Position numbers and translations under genes: made by a program
Notes under the pieces: model-generated
Seen by the model: only the letters and a program-made list of their open reading frames with translations
What the model was told of the DNA's origin: nothing
Database searches by the model: none
Shown: piece after piece, positions 1 to 13,499 of the stretch
How positions within the stretch are numbered: position 1 is the first letter of the stretch
Layout of the letters: each line of letters starts with the position of its first letter
From: Dipteris shenzhenensis
Lineage: Eukaryota
DNA: 64,000 nt
Assembly: GCA_047967505.1 (NCBI GenBank)
Contig: CM106538.1
Direction: 5' to 3' (one strand)

Positions 1-194
1 GACTGGTGGTTCAAATTTATTCAATCTAATCTAAGGGGATTATGTTTCCTCGTCAATAGTTGACTACATCATCTAATTGAAACAAATCATTGCAATTACA
101 TGGCAATAGATGAGAGGGTAGTGTGCCATTATGAAAAGATGACATTTTAAACATAGAGAATCATATGGGTGTTTTTCTTAAAGGGGTAGTATGA

Positions 195-630
195 TCTTTC
201 TTTCTTTATTTCTTTGGCGCAAAAAGGATAATATATTAATGAGGGAAAGCTCTCAAAATTACAACTCAAATTAGGGCAATTGTGCCAATCAAGAGGCGGT
301 AGGATCTATTGAATTTCTAGAAGAATCTTTGTAGCCAAGTTCGTTCGAGACTTGAGTGGATGCTCGAAGTGTGGTGGTATGATCTTACACCATGTTGATT
401 ATTGTTATGATGAAGATGCACTCTCGACACATTATGGAGTTTTCTGGTCTACATTTCAATGTGTCTCATTAGGGGCGTGCGCCAATGAGATTGAACCAAA
501 GACATGGCAGTGAATAGCTTGTCTAGAGTTGATGTGAAATCCCATTACATTTTAACCTACATCTTTCTACATCTTGGAGATAGGTGGGAGTAGATAGTGC
601 CTCATTATGGAGCCATGTAGTTGCTAAACA
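195..630 (-). mobile_element. LINE 3' end remnant (zf-RVT-like region plus A-rich tail)
   Basis: The minus strand reads WLHNEAL..TYL followed by Cys-containing fragments resembling zf-RVT, and ends in aaagaaataaagaaagaaag near 195-215. Highly degenerate. Confidence 0.35.
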
Positions 631-960
631 CAAAAACATGGTCAAGTGCCTCCCAACTTCAAGGAGTGGAATCTATGTGAAGGTGTGAAGGATGCATTCA
701 TGGAAAATAGCCTTTCCCGATAAGCAAGCCACAAGATTCAAGAAACTGCTAGAGGTGGTGCATAGTAATATTGTAGGGGGTACTTGACTCATATAGCATT
801 ACTTGGTAGTAACAAATACTTTATCACATTTATTAGTATGTCTTGTTCATGAAGTAGAGGTCTCAAGTAGTTGACAAACTTCAAAAACTTAGCCAAATTG
901 TCGAACCAAATGTCTTTGATCCAATAATGGAGAATAATATATCTCTTTGAGTTCTAGAAA
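630..960 (+). mobile_element. Ty1/Copia pre-integrase/integrase fragment
   Basis: Frame fragments LLEVVHSNIVG and GSNKYFITFI match the Copia integrase start (LELVHSDxxG...G.KYFxTFIDD). Confidence 0.55.
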
Positions 961-2299
961 CAATGGGGAATAAGCCGCATCATATTAGTGTCAAGGATTT
1001 CTTCAATCTCTCTATCAACTTGTTTTAGACCTTGAACTTCTTCAAGCCTTCACATTGAAGCTTTAGAAAACAAGCGATGGTGAAGGAGCTAAAATCATCC
1101 ATGAATATAAAAAAGTATGTGGCTTCACCAAGCAACTATGTTTGTAAAGGCTAGAGTAGATCAATGGCATGATGGCCCTCTAGGTCTTTAAATGTAAATA
1201 TTGTGCTTCTTTCCCATACTGCAAGATTCTTGGAAGGGATCTTGCATGTGAATTAATTCTTCAATAGTTCGTTGCTTGCTAGGCCAAAAGGCCTTGAGAA
1301 TTGAGATGACAAAGGCAATGATGCCAAACATGGGTGGCCTAAATGCCACAATTGTTTGAAGATAGGAAAAACTAGTGCCTTTTGACTCTAGTTAAATGGG
1401 TGCCAACACCAATAATAGATTCTTTTAGATCATGGGGGGATAGCAAACTTTAGAATGGTAACAAAGAAGATTGTGAGCACTTTGCCAATGTGAAAGGCTT
1501 GAATTCTACTATTAGCACTAAGAGCAATTGGAAAGCAATAAGGGAAGAGGGAAGCAAGTGTATCCTTCGAACCATGTCAGATTAGATGTCGTGTTGAGAG
1601 GCACTAGTGTCATGGTATTAAGCATTTTTTAAATTGGCTATATCAAAAGGAGAAGTATTTATGGAATTCTATGGTGAAATTTTTACTTGATCAAAGAAAC
1701 CCATAAAAGGCCACTAGTTTACCTGATTAGTAGGCACATATAAAAGGCCACTAGTTTCGCCAATGCGATAGTTGCCATTAAATGAGAACTTGGTGGTGGT
1801 CATTTGGGAAGAACCGAAATCTGTTGCTGATGATGGGAGCTAGGGAGAAAGTGTATAGGATTGCTGGGCTAGACAAAATGTCTATGTCATGGATCCAAAA
1901 AACTTGAACGGTAAATGAAGTGAGGTTGATTCATCAAATGTCTTAGTGTGAACTAGCATATTTATATTCCTAAAGTATTTTCCCAATGATGGGACCTCGT
2001 GTGTTGGAAAATTAGGAGGTGAAAGTGGAGTGGACAAGCTTACTGCTATACACTATGTTGTATTCCCTCTATCTATGGTGCACCATCCTTAACACCCCTC
2101 ATTGCACTGGGTGCATGCACAAGATATTTTTTAGACTTTGTTTGGTGCATACGATAGCAACTTATAAAATTTTAAAAGCCCTTGAAAAAGTAAAGTTGTA
2201 TGTGCATGTGTGAGCACAATGACTACATAGCAAAAGTCTCTACAATGAGTACAACTTAGTAGATCCTGTACATAATGTGTATTTCCCACCTCTTAGTTG

Positions 2300-3650
2300 T
2301 AGGTCATCCTTCAGCTTTGGGAACAAAATCTAGAAAATAGGCCAAACTTAAGGGCTGAGGGAAGAATGCAAAAAAGAATGAAGTCCGGTTGGATCAAAGA
2401 CTAGTCGATCATAAGATGATTGTGTGAATAACTGCATGTATGATAGCATGTTGAGCAAGCCAAAGATGAACATGTCAGAATTCTAAAGGGATTGTGAATT
2501 TGTTTTATCAATCCATATGTGAATCTGATTGATATAGCTTAGAACATGCAATGTGGTAGGTAACAAACAAGGGTGTCACCAACCAAAAAGAACGGACAAC
2601 ACTGTTTGAGATATGTTGAACTAAAGTAATCTCTATCATATGATGTTGGGTCATAGAAGAATATGCATAGTTGGAGTTGACAATCCATTCCCACTCTTGA
2701 AGATCCCACTGCAAATACTTTATGGAGACACCTCTATAGAGCCAAATTCTCCATGAACCTAGCTAGGGAATGTGATCCAGATTAGGGTCTAGATACCAAC
2801 CTGAAGTCAAAAACACTACTTCGCATGATAAATGTTGATGTTAGGACAGATATGAAGTCTTGGATCCAAGCACTGATGCATTGAGGATGGACTGTATATG
2901 ACAACCATAAGTGCATGGTAGAATACTAAGGTTCCCTAGGTTGATATGCGGCCAAACATGATAATGTCTACTCCACTAGGGTAAGACTGGATTGAAGTGT
3001 ATATATCCACATTCTAAAGAATGATGAGTTAATAAAAATTGGCAGTGATGACTAGATCCAAGTGTGGTGTAATGCGGCATAGTTGAGCCCATGATGATAT
3101 AGTGTCATGATGATTGATCTCATGTCCTAAATGAGTTCATGGCATGATATACTCCATGTCTGCGGTGAAAGCATTAGTGACGGATGCTCGAATGGAATCA
3201 CCTAAAAAAATGGACCCTCCCTTTAATGAATTCAGCTACTAGCTCCTCTTTGGATGAGGCAATGTGCCATGCAAGTAGCCGAAAAGAGGAGGTAGACCTA
3301 GCAAGCACCAAGGGGACTTATGCCCTTGGTTTCACTAACGATGCCATCAAGGGGAAAAAGACTTGAGAGGTGGATGAACCACCTTTATCGCATACCCATT
3401 CTCAAGTTGGAATCTATAATAGCTTTTATTCTTGCTCATTTCTCCATCTCTTATCCATGCAGGACCTTGTCATCTTTCTTTTCCTTCTCTCATCATCACG
3501 CTCAATAGTTTTACAATAGTTTGTAGATAGTTTCAATGAACTTTGACTAGAGAACAAGTGTATTTAACCATTATAAGCACCATATTTCATTTCTCCATAC
3601 TTGGTAATTGATGGTCTTTCAATAAAGAATTAGCATATTTGACTATCTTA
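2300..3650 (-). mobile_element. Degenerate Copia gag-protease remnant
   Basis: ORF 2508-2714 contains EWIVNSNYAYSSMT, resembling the Copia protease motif WIxDSGAxxHMT. Flanking frames are broken. Confidence 0.4.
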
Positions 3651-4185
3651 CTACATATCAAGGAAAGAAATCCCAAACCTGCCACATGGAGCATTGTGGA
3701 GGTTTGTAAAAAGGAGGAGGGAGGTTTTGGGAGGCTTGGTGGAGAGGAGGAGGAGGTTCACCGGGTGGAGTGATCTTGCAGCAATAAGTAACATCACGAC
3801 TGCCGCACCCACAGTGATGTGCAGTTTGTAGTGGATCAAATGGGTGCCTAACAGCGCGGCTATAGTGGTGCAGATTGTAGTGCTGCGATTGTAGTGATGT
3901 GGCATAGTTGACATCACAGAGCAGACTGCAGCTCTAAACAAGCCGCAGCTCATGACACGTTGCATTGACTTGGGTTGCCTAAGAGGCACCAATTGCTGAG
4001 AGGCACCAATTGCAGGGGCATAGCAGGAGGAAAGGCTCGCTACATGTGGTGTCAATTGGGGTTGCCTTAGAGGCACGGCCTAGAGCTCGCGACACGTGGC
4101 CATTCACTCGCGGCTAGCCACCAAGTGTCTAGCTGGCCAGATCATGTGGCGCGATGCAACTCCTAAGGGCTCCTAAGGGCCCTCA

Positions 4186-4263
4186 CACACACACACAAGG
4201 GGAGAGAGAGAGGGAGGGAGGAAGGGAGGGAGAGGGAGAGGGAGAGGGAGAGGGAGAGAGAGA
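4186..4263. repeat. (CA)n followed by GA/GGA-rich microsatellite
   Basis: Read directly from the sequence. Confidence 0.9.
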
Positions 4264-4599
4264 TGTAGGATTTTAGTGCAAGTTCATGCATCCATAAATT
4301 GACGCAATTGCAAAAAGCCACCTCCCTCGCATGATTATCTCACAAAGAGAATTGCAACATTGTTGAGATGACAAAATACTCTATAGTGAACATATGAAGA
4401 AGACGACACAGGGCTAGACTTGATCACATCAACTCTACCAAGTTTTCCCATCAACCGTGATGACTCAAAAGATTCTCTAAGGACCCTAAGAGTAGCTGCT
4501 GCTACTCCATGCCATCTAAGACTTGCAACATGCCATCTAAGACTTGTCATTGGAAAAATTACGAAGACATGATGCTTGGAGAGATGCTTGGAGAAAAGT

Positions 4600-6330
4600 C
4601 AGGTAATCCACTCTCAAGTATTAAAGAGGAGCTTTTAGACAGATCTCTTCATAGGGTTATCCACTCTCAAGCAGTAAAGAATCGCCTCATCGCAATGTGG
4701 TTACATGAGAACATGGATCTTAAGAACAAAAGGAAAGCAGGGAAGATTTTAGCCTTTATGTACAAATGCAAAAGCAAGGTCTCACCAAGTAGCTTTACCT
4801 TTTTTGCCATCTTGAAAGATGTTGCAACACAGCCGCTCTAGATGTCGAAAGGAGGTCCATTCTCAAATTAGTAAGCTCTCTCTTCAGACCAATGCTATCC
4901 TAAATGTCGTGGCAAGCAGTCTCATTGACATGTATCCTAAATGTGGGAGCATAGTGGAATCCCAACAATTGTTTGATGCATCCCCCATAAAAGATCATAC
5001 CATGGAATGCATTAATTGTGCGATACGCCCACTAGGGAAAGAGTGAACTCCAATGGCGTGCGGTCCTCGCTTAGATTTCAAATGCTATCTTACGGTTTCC
5101 AGTGTGACGTCAGCGTTGAAGGCCTGCACTAGCTTGGCAGCAAGGGAAGGTGGGGAGCAGCTTGACCACAAATACATGTTAATATGGTATCTAGAGAAAG
5201 GTAAAGTCATCGTCTCCCACGTAGTAAAGAGGCTTACTCTCATGTATTTGTGGGAATCTTTTAATGTGGGAACATGGAGGATGCACAAAGGGTTTTTGAC
5301 CAATTCCCACTACAGTAATGTGGTCTTCCTAGTCTACCATGATCATGGGTTATAGCAAGCAGGAGAGGGTGTGCTGGCTTTGGATTTATATTCTTGGATT
5401 CAAAGGGAAGGCATCCAGCTAAAAGCCTAAACGTTCATTTGTGTGCAGCACAAGAAGAGGGGCAAAGAGTTGATAGGAAGTTAGAAAAAAATAGATTGCT
5501 GGTAAAAGGTAAAACCCTCAACGCTAAAGTTTTTAAGATTGGCTTTGAGTTCGATTTATTTGTGGGAACCACTTTGGTGGACACGTATGTGATATGTGGG
5601 AGGTTTGAGTGTCTTTAATGAATTGCCTCATCGTAAAGTCGTTACATGGAGCAAAATGATCTTGGGCTATGTCATACAAGAAGAAAATGAGGAAGCTTTC
5701 AACCTTCATGTGCAAACGCAAGAGCAAGGTCTATCACCAAGTAGCTTTACCTTTGTTGCTATACAAAATGTGGGGCCATGCAAAGATGCATGAAGGGTTT
5801 TTGACCAATTTCCCTATCTTAATGTGTCTTCTTGGTCTAGCATGATCATGGGTTGAACAAGCAGGACGAGGATGAGTTGGCTTTGGATTTGTATGCTTGG
5901 ATATAGTGAGAAGGAATCCAATTGAATGCCTAGACATTCATTTGTGCATTTAGGGCTTGCAATAGCCTTGCAATGATGGAAGAGGGGAAGCAAGTTGAAA
6001 GGAGTTAGAAGACAACTCTAAAGTTTTTAAGATTGGCTTCGAGTTTGATTTATATGTGGGGAACCACTTTTGTGGACATGTTCACAAAATGTGGGAGCAT
6101 TGAGTGTCTTTAATGATCTGCATCATCGTAACATGCTTACAATCTTTGGGTATGTCAAACAAGAAAAAAGTAAGGAATTTTTTGGCTTTTTTTGGCTTTT
6201 ATGTGCAAATGCAAGAGCAAGGTCTATCATCAAGTAGCTTTACCTTTGTTGCCATCTTGAAGCATGTGGCAACACAACTTTGGATATTGAAAAGGATGTC
6301 CGTTCTCAAATTACCAATTCGCATTTGAGA
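4600..6330 (+). pseudogene. PLS-class pentatricopeptide repeat (PPR) pseudogene with internal duplications
   Basis: Fragments in shifting frames: VASSLIDMYPKCGSIVESQQLFD, TVSSVTSALKACTSL, GFEFDLFVGTTLVDTY, VFNELPHRKVVTWSKMILGY and QGLSPSSFTFVAIL. Many stops and frameshifts. Confidence 0.85.
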
Positions 6331-7643
6331 TCCCATGTTGACACCTAGCAAAGCGAGTCTCTAACTCGTCGTAGCCAGGTGATGCTACTTGCATATAAAT
6401 AGTCTTGCCAAACTTTGTGGCCTATGTAACCCGAAAGAACTTGCTAGAACACATTGCTTGAATGATGAGCAAGGCTCGACAAACGACACATCACTCAATG
6501 GATTTTGTTGATTGTTGTCAATTCCCTTACTTTGCATCTTACTTCTTCTATAACGTGAGGTTTCCATGTGACACACACACACTCCCCTACCATGCCCCTC
6601 CCCCCCCCCTCCTGAGAGAAACCTCCCTCAAGTGAAGCACAAGAACACAAGAAGATACAAATTACTAGTGCACAAAAAACAAAGCACAAAACCTACGAGA
6701 CACTAACAAACCGCAAAGAACATAAGCAAGACAAACACAAGGAAAACAAGAAATGAACAAATAAAGCATAGAGAAAACCACCACAAACCACCTAGGACAC
6801 ACCCACTCATAGCTCAACCCGCAACATACAATGATGCACACATACATCACAACCAAGCACACAACACAAATAGAAGCAAACATGCACTCAAAGAACCAAT
6901 AAGTGATTCATCTTTTTTCACCTTTCAATTAATGGATGACAATAGCATTATTATCAAAAAGTTGAATTTGCATTCAAATGGCTTGCCCTGAAATAAGTAT
7001 GAGAACCTTGAAATAGAAATAGATGGAAGGAATAGAAAGAAGAGAAAAAGAGGGAGAAAATGGTGGAGACGAGAGAACAACTACTCGCACTATGCCATGT
7101 GCAAAAAAAATCTTTACATTTATGAGTGGAAACCTTAACTATAGCCTACCTTGAGAGGGCAAGCCAAAAATCTTAAAATCCTTTAAAATACGCTTCTTCA
7201 AAAAGCCAATCAATAAAGCTTACAAAACCAATGATTGTAATCTCAAGGGCTATATGAAATATTTATACCTACAATGCTATATCCAACCTTAGTAGTCTAA
7301 CATCATGAGTTATTGATCAAGATATAAAAAACCTTCATTCAAAAAATATATTCTTAAGCTCCAATGAAATGCAAAATACACCAAGAGAGTTGATTGCAAT
7401 GCACAACTCTACCAAGGTAATACAAATCCTTAAGGGTGAGTATAGTGAATGATACATGACTGCTTTACTTTCTTTGAAATTCCATCTATAATGCTATATA
7501 TCATAGTGGCCACGTGCAATGACCAACTAAAGTGCAATGTACCATTTAGGGCCAAACTGAGTGGAGGAGGTGTGAAGAGTGAAGTACATCAATAAGACAA
7601 TGTCTAAACAGTTGACAATTACAAAGGAAAAGACTAAGGGGTG

Positions 7644-7976
7644 GAAAAGAGGTAAAAAGGGAGTTTAACAGAGGAGCAAGGAGTGAAAGCAAGGTGGGAG
7701 AAGAACAAGGAGCTAGCCTTGGAGCGCATCTCCAACACGTCAAGGAGTTGGGTAGAGATATATACCTTTATGCAACCTTACAAACATACTAAATTGTTTG
7801 TAAACGAACCAAAAGAAGGGAGTTTGTAAGCGACTTTAAATAAAACTCTGACATCTCTAAAAGTAAATCTGCCAAAGAGGTAGAAAAGAGGCAAAAAGGG
7901 AGTTTGACAGAGTAGCAAGGAGTGCAACCAAGGTGGAAGAAGAACAAGATGCTAGCCTAGGATGGCATCTCCAACA
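7644..7976. repeat. Two diverged ~95-bp direct repeats (about 7644-7737 and 7883-7976)
   Basis: Both copies run gaaaagagg.aaaaagggagttt.acagag.agcaaggagtg...catctccaaca. Confidence 0.85.
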
Positions 7977-8223
7977 AACAAAACTATGACTAAATGAGAA
8001 TAAAACAAAATACTGTTCTAAAAACATGAAAGCAATACAAGAGCGACTGTTCCCTCCACTTCTTTTCTCGGAAGAGCAGGTTTTTAAAATCTGTCATCAG
8101 CATCATAAAGGAACTATCAGAGCTAATCCCAATTAAAGGAGCGATGTAGCCACACAATCAATTTAAGTCAACGTTGATGCATCCACTGAGAGCTGCTAGA
8201 ACCCATTCAAGTGAGACAGATAC

Positions 8224-9227
8224 CTGAAGAGGAATTACAGAGAAAAAAGATGTTAATATTAAGGGAATTTTTTACCACCGACAAGTGCAGTCCAAAGGGA
8301 AGAGCAAGCACAACCCTCTCTTGAGGTGCATATACTCACATTGGTGTGTGAGTTGTCTATATCAAATGGGAGTAGAATGGTCACCTACTGTTGCAAGCAT
8401 GTAATTTCAACCATCATGCCACGCATCCTGTACTTTCGGATGCGTCCAAGTTACAAATCAAGAACTATGATCAAGGAGAAAAACACTCGGCTACCATCCA
8501 TCACCAGCATGGTGGTAACGACTACTTGATATCCAACGCAAGAAATTGATGACCATACAACATCAAACACGGAACCTCGCTATTGACAAGATTTTAGGGT
8601 TTCACATCTGACAGACTAGAGCCATAATTTTCAAAATAGAGACGCCGCTCAGCTTGAGACTGTAAAAAATATATTTAACTTCTTCGCTACTACAAGTATC
8701 AAGCCACACAACAATGGGAACCAACTTGACAGTACCAACTCTTAATCCAAGACTAAGACGACACTTGGTGGTGTAAAAAAAAATTTGCAGAGCAGACATG
8801 CTACACTGGAGACATCACAGCAAGATAATGTGAGTCTGCACTTGTTGCGATGTTAGATGGGATCATGTTTAATGAGTTAATCCAGTAGAGAGAATGGGTT
8901 GTCCCATTAAACATGGATGAAGCATTGGATCGTATGTAATGGGAGAAACCATTCTCTCTACTCGCTTAACCCAATAAAGATGTTGAGACGGCCAAGTTCA
9001 GCGCGCATAGAAGCGACAAATTTATCGGCCTTAAAAAGAGGATCACTTTATTCAATCAAACTTACTCAATGCCTATGATATTAATTAACAGACGATGAAG
9101 TTTCATGTAAGAGAGGATAATCGTAGATGCCAATAAAATGTGCGTATACTGATAGAGCTCTCTCCCATTTAAAGCAATAAATTCCTAACCTGACAAAAAT
9201 TTCTTGTGCATGGCATCGCAAACTTAC
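8224..9227 (-). other. Predicted 3' UTR intron of the prohibitin gene
   Basis: Donor ca|GTAAGT at 9227. Acceptor tcttttttctctgtaattcctcttcAG|g at 8224 with a strong pyrimidine tract. Confidence 0.6.
8864..8982. repeat. Long imperfect inverted repeat (arms about 54 bp)
   Basis: catgtttaatgagttaatccagtagagagaatgggttgtcccatta pairs with taatgggagaaaccattctctctactcgcttaacccaataaagatg. Confidence 0.85.
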
Positions 9228-9284
9228 TGTAGCTGGGTAAAAATATCCTACTTCCAATACAGATTTGTCGAGCTGATTCCCATG

Positions 9285-10115
9285 CTATTTGAAAATCGGG
9301 TTCATGCCGAGAAGCATGTTGTTCCCGTTGGGCAGGTACATGACGTTGGACGTTCTCGCCAAAGTCGCAGCAATCTCTCGTGAGGCTTCAATTCGTCGTA
9401 ACTCAATTAGGCCAGGTCCAGCATGCGCAGTAGCTTCAGATATCATCCTGGCAGACTCACTTTCACCTTCGGCTCTGATGACGGCCGCCCTCATTTCCTG
9501 CTCAGCCTTGGCCACAACAAACTTCGAGCGTTCAGCCTCTTGCTGTGCAACTTGCTTCTGCTCAACAGCCTTCGAAAACTCGGCTCCATAAGAAAGATGT
9601 GTAATGGCTACATCGTCGAGCAGAATATGGAATTCCTTAGCTCTGCGCAGCAGACTCTCCCTCACAAGAGCAGACACAAAGGGGCGCTCAGTCAAAAGCT
9701 GATCAGCATTGAATTGAGCTACCACCGACTTCAAGACCTCATTACCAATTGACGGCAGCACTTTCTCGTTATATTCAAGACCCAACCTCTTGAAGATATC
9801 AGGAAGCATATCAACGTCAGGACGATAAAGAACACGGAGACTCAGATTCACCATCTGCAAGTCCTTGGTCCCCGTAACGGAAGAGACGGAGTGAGCATGA
9901 GTTCGGATGTCAAAAATGAAAGGCCGCTGGAGCCAAGGGATGAGAAAATGGGTGCCTTCACCGACGGTCTTGTCCAAGACACCACGAAAGCGATCGAAGA
10001 TAACAGCCTGCTCGCCGCCATCGACGGTGTAGAGGGAGGCATTGAGGAGAGCACCACCGAAACCCAAAGCGATGGCAGCTTGGGCGACATTCTGGAGGAG
10101 TCTAGGAGCATTCAT
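9285..10115 (-). CDS. PHB3: Prohibitin, type I (PHB3/PHB4-like; SPFH/band-7 mitochondrial inner-membrane protein), 276 aa, CDS without introns
   Basis: Contains [76 protein letters not shown] and [19 protein letters not shown]. The true start is probably the ATG at 10115 (MNAPRLL), not 10430. Confidence 0.97.
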   Translation of the reverse strand: MNAPRLLQNVAQAAIALGFGGALLNASLYTVDGGEQAVIFDRFRGVLDKTVGEGTHFLIPWLQRPFIFDIRTHAHSVSSVTGTKDLQMVNLSLRVLYRPDVDMLPDIFKRLGLEYNEKVLPSIGNEVLKSVVAQFNADQLLTERPFVSALVRESLLRRAKEFHILLDDVAITHLSYGAEFSKAVEQKQVAQQEAERSKFVVAKAEQEMRAAVIRAEGESESARMISEATAHAGPGLIELRRIEASREIAATLARTSNVMYLPNGNNMLLGMNPIFK

Positions 10116-11220
10116 TGCAGGGACTACGAGCGCCGGACTTGAGCTTGGAGAGCTTGAGAGCTTGAAGCTCGACAGAGGAGAATGTGGAGAAGTGGCTATG
10201 GCGATAAACAGATCGAAGAAAAACGGTGATAAACAGATGCAAGGCTTGCAGAGCAAGACAACCCCTCTCTCAACCCTAAACACAACATTAGTACTAATTA
10301 ATCTCCCCGTCGTGCACCCTTTGTGGTTTACACGTGCTTCTCTTGGGAGAGGAGGAAAACAAAACACACATACATAAGGAAAACTTTTATAGAGTAGACA
10401 GGATGAACATTGTAAATGAAGTGGCACCATTCGAATGACCTGTTTTGATCAGAAAGTTTGCATAGCGACAAGAATGCCAAAAACCATCCAACAAGAGGGA
10501 TATATGGTTAGGTATGGTCAACGAAAAACTGGCCAATCATTCTTCATAAGCGATACTCCGTTTTGGAACCAAGGCTGCTTGCTTATACAAAAGGAAGCCA
10601 TCAGACAACGAGGTGATGTCTGTGTGAAAGCTCTGACTAATTACTCAGCAAGATGGGGTGGAGATTAATAGGCATGTGAATTTCCTACTGTGATCCCTCC
10701 AATGCCAAATGCAATCTATTCTGAAAAGTATAACGGCTACATGGGAGGTCTCAACCCTGATCGTAAACAAATTGACAGATACGGATCCTCAAATATCTGG
10801 GAGTCTCAATAAAAATAGAACATAGCAATCTCAAGTAAAGTGGAAGTAGCTCGAAGGCTTAGGAGACTTCATAGAACTCGAAAAAGGCACCCAAGCAGGT
10901 GTAGCAACGAAGGAGAAGAATCATTACCAATTCAACTAATTGAGGAAAGCTAAACAAGAGACTGAAAAGGTAAAAGCTAAAAGCGTACAATTTTAGCCAC
11001 CACCACAAATAAATGTGATGAGAAGACCATACTCAAATTTAGAACCAAAATAAAGCAAAATTCTCACCATTAGATTTATACAAAGAGATCAACGTCTAAA
11101 ATTACAACACGTGGCTTAATGAGAGCACAAAAAGGGAAAACTTCCCTCTAGGCTGCCTACCGTAACAAGATGAATGCTCATAAATCATTCATAAGACCTA
11201 GAAAAGAGCGTGGAAAGCTA

Positions 11221-11245
11221 AGAGAGAGACAGATAGAGGAGGGGG

Positions 11246-11290
<45 letters not shown>

Positions 11291-11310
11291 AATTTCTAGG
11301 GAAAAGATAG

Positions 11311-11364
<54 letters not shown>

Positions 11365-11368
11365 GGGG
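11221..11368. repeat. Compound microsatellite: (GA)n, (GATA)n and poly-G
   Basis: Read directly from the sequence. Confidence 0.95.
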
Positions 11369-11975
11369 ATTATGTCGAAAGTTGCATGTAGTTGCATTGG
11401 AATATGTACAATTCTCGAGTAGTGGAGAAAGAATTTTTGGAAATCATAGTTCATAATTTCGCTTTTGGAAGACGAGTTTCATCACCAAGGCTACCTTTCA
11501 AGTAGGCCAAAAATAGATTTCTACCATGAAGATCACATACAAGAGCATTCCAATAGCATAGTAAGGAAATCAGAGAGAAAACCAAGGTGTCAAAACAAGA
11601 GGAGAGCGAGGGGAAAATGCTTCATGATACTTTCCGTGGCCTGCCTTTCTTTGTGATTTTCAAGCTACCCTCATGAGATTTCGGATGCAAACAATGTTTC
11701 CCATTTGTTGCAATGTCCCGAAACTCGAGCATAAGTGATTTTCATGCTTACCTCACCTCAAAATTCTGAGAGGTCCAAAAAATATGGCGCAAAAGGCTGG
11801 AAACTATGATTTTTGGATAATCGTAAATTGCAAACTGACCTCCTCGCTACCATGGGAATGCTCTCTAGGCTAGAAGGGGGCAATCTATTTTCACGGCTAA
11901 CTTCATGGATTTTTCTGTATTCCTGAGAATTCGGTCATCAATATCTTAACAGCTGTGGTGGAGATGTTTCCATGA

Positions 11976-12569
11976 ACCGGTAACGAGGTTCCTGATTCTT
12001 TTGAAATGATGTCCATTGGCTACTTCTCTTCATTTGAGAAGACCAAAAAAGTATTACATTGTCCATGCAGGAATGTTAATAATGTGTTTCATTTTCCTAC
12101 TATGACTAGAAAACTTAGGTATAGTGATGGTAATCAAGCCATCATCAACCCATACCAAAAGCCTCAATGTTTAATCAATGAGCTTCTGGGTTTTGTCACT
12201 GTCCAGGATGATTGGGTTTGTGACTTCTTTGTAGGGACTAGAAGAAATGCTATCTGTGCTCTTCAAAAGAAGAGGAACTATATTGTTGTAGAGCAAGACC
12301 CTTTGCAAGCTACATTCATCTTGCAAAGGGTTTGTGCCATCAACGGTCTTCCTAATGATGATCATAAAGTTGGTGCTAAATCCTGTGCAGATAATGCAGC
12401 AATATAGATGGCCTATGGAGGGCCCCAGTCTACCCTCAATAATGAAGAATTTGAGCTGGTAGAGCTATTTGAGGATGCAGCAATGGTTGCCAGGCCAAAT
12501 CCTATGAAGGACACAACCACCCAACAAACAACCCATGAATCACCTGATAGACAAATATTGGACATTTAG
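11976..12569 (+). pseudogene. Beta-class DNA N6-adenine/N4-cytosine methyltransferase (N6_N4_Mtase-like) C-terminal fragment
   Basis: NPYQKPQCLINELL...QDDWVCDFFVGT..NAICALQKKRNYIVVEQDP matches motifs X, I and II (HPxQKP..L...I.....GD.VLDPF.GSG....A...GR..IG.E.D). The frame continues past TAG at 12405 into an acidic tail ending at 12569. No DPPY/SPPY motif is visible upstream. Confidence 0.8.
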
Positions 12570-13499
12570 ATGTTGCTCCTTGAGTTGTAGATGTTCAATA
12601 TCTTGTTATGACAGTTCTCTTTTATTGAGTTGGAGAGTTGGATATCAGTTGAATCTCATGGAATGACAGCTCCCTTTTATTGAATATGAGATCTCTTTTC
12701 TTTGTTTCAGAGTATACAGTTGTCATTGGTAATTATTTTGAGAACTATTATTTTTCTTTAATTTATAGTGTTTATATTTTATTTCAATCAATATATTTTA
12801 CCAATTAGGATTATTGATACTTTCATTATTTTACTATAATGTTTTAATTTATTTTTTTAGGATTCCAAATGCAAAAAGTTTCAAATTTGAAAGATTTTAA
12901 TACTGTAATCTGATCATCTCTCTTTAAAAGAGGGAGAGGAGATCAAGATTGTCTTACTATTGCTTCTATATTCATCAAAATGTTCTTCATATTTGTACAA
13001 TAAATGAAGAAGTTCATGAAAATAAGAGATCTCAAGCAAATAATATTATCATATATCCAAAGTCACAGATATTAATCTATAAATAATAAACATGCTAAGT
13101 GAACAATCTTATTGTCTATCTAAAGTCAAAGATATTAAACTATAAAAGACAAACATGCATCACAAAGTGCATCTTATCAATATTTTGGTTAATAAATTGT
13201 CAAGTATTATAAACTTACCTTTTTTTTTTTAAAGTTACTTTAAAAATCAATGGTTTTTAAAATCAAAAATATCCAAAATTATCCCAAAAAGAAAAATGTA
13301 TTTAAAACTTTTTTGTTTTAAATGGATAGGTGTAAATCTCACCTTAATTTCAAATTTTAGTTAAACTTTAGCACTATTTTGAGGCAATTTAAAAAGTGGA
13401 TAACACGCAATAGTTCTAACTTAATATTCAATACTATTTGTCTTTTAGGCTCTATTTACCATATGTCCATTGTGATCCTATGGAGAGGTTAGTAGACAA

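Noticed and set aside
8546-8611. TGATGA...CTGA box C/D snoRNA-like pair
   Set aside because: It is antisense to the host transcript, with no convincing terminal stem or recognisable rRNA guide.
9289-10377. Plus-strand ORFs overlapping prohibitin
   Set aside because: These are antisense shadows of a GC-rich CDS.
10116-10430. 105-aa N-terminal extension of the prohibitin ORF
   Set aside because: Homology starts at MNAPRLL (10115). The upstream part is CT-rich 5' UTR/promoter that is open by chance.
11821-11975. Catalytic DPPY/SPPY motif for the 12-kb methyltransferase
   Set aside because: Only *PPRY in a non-coding-looking context was found. The N-terminal half appears deleted.
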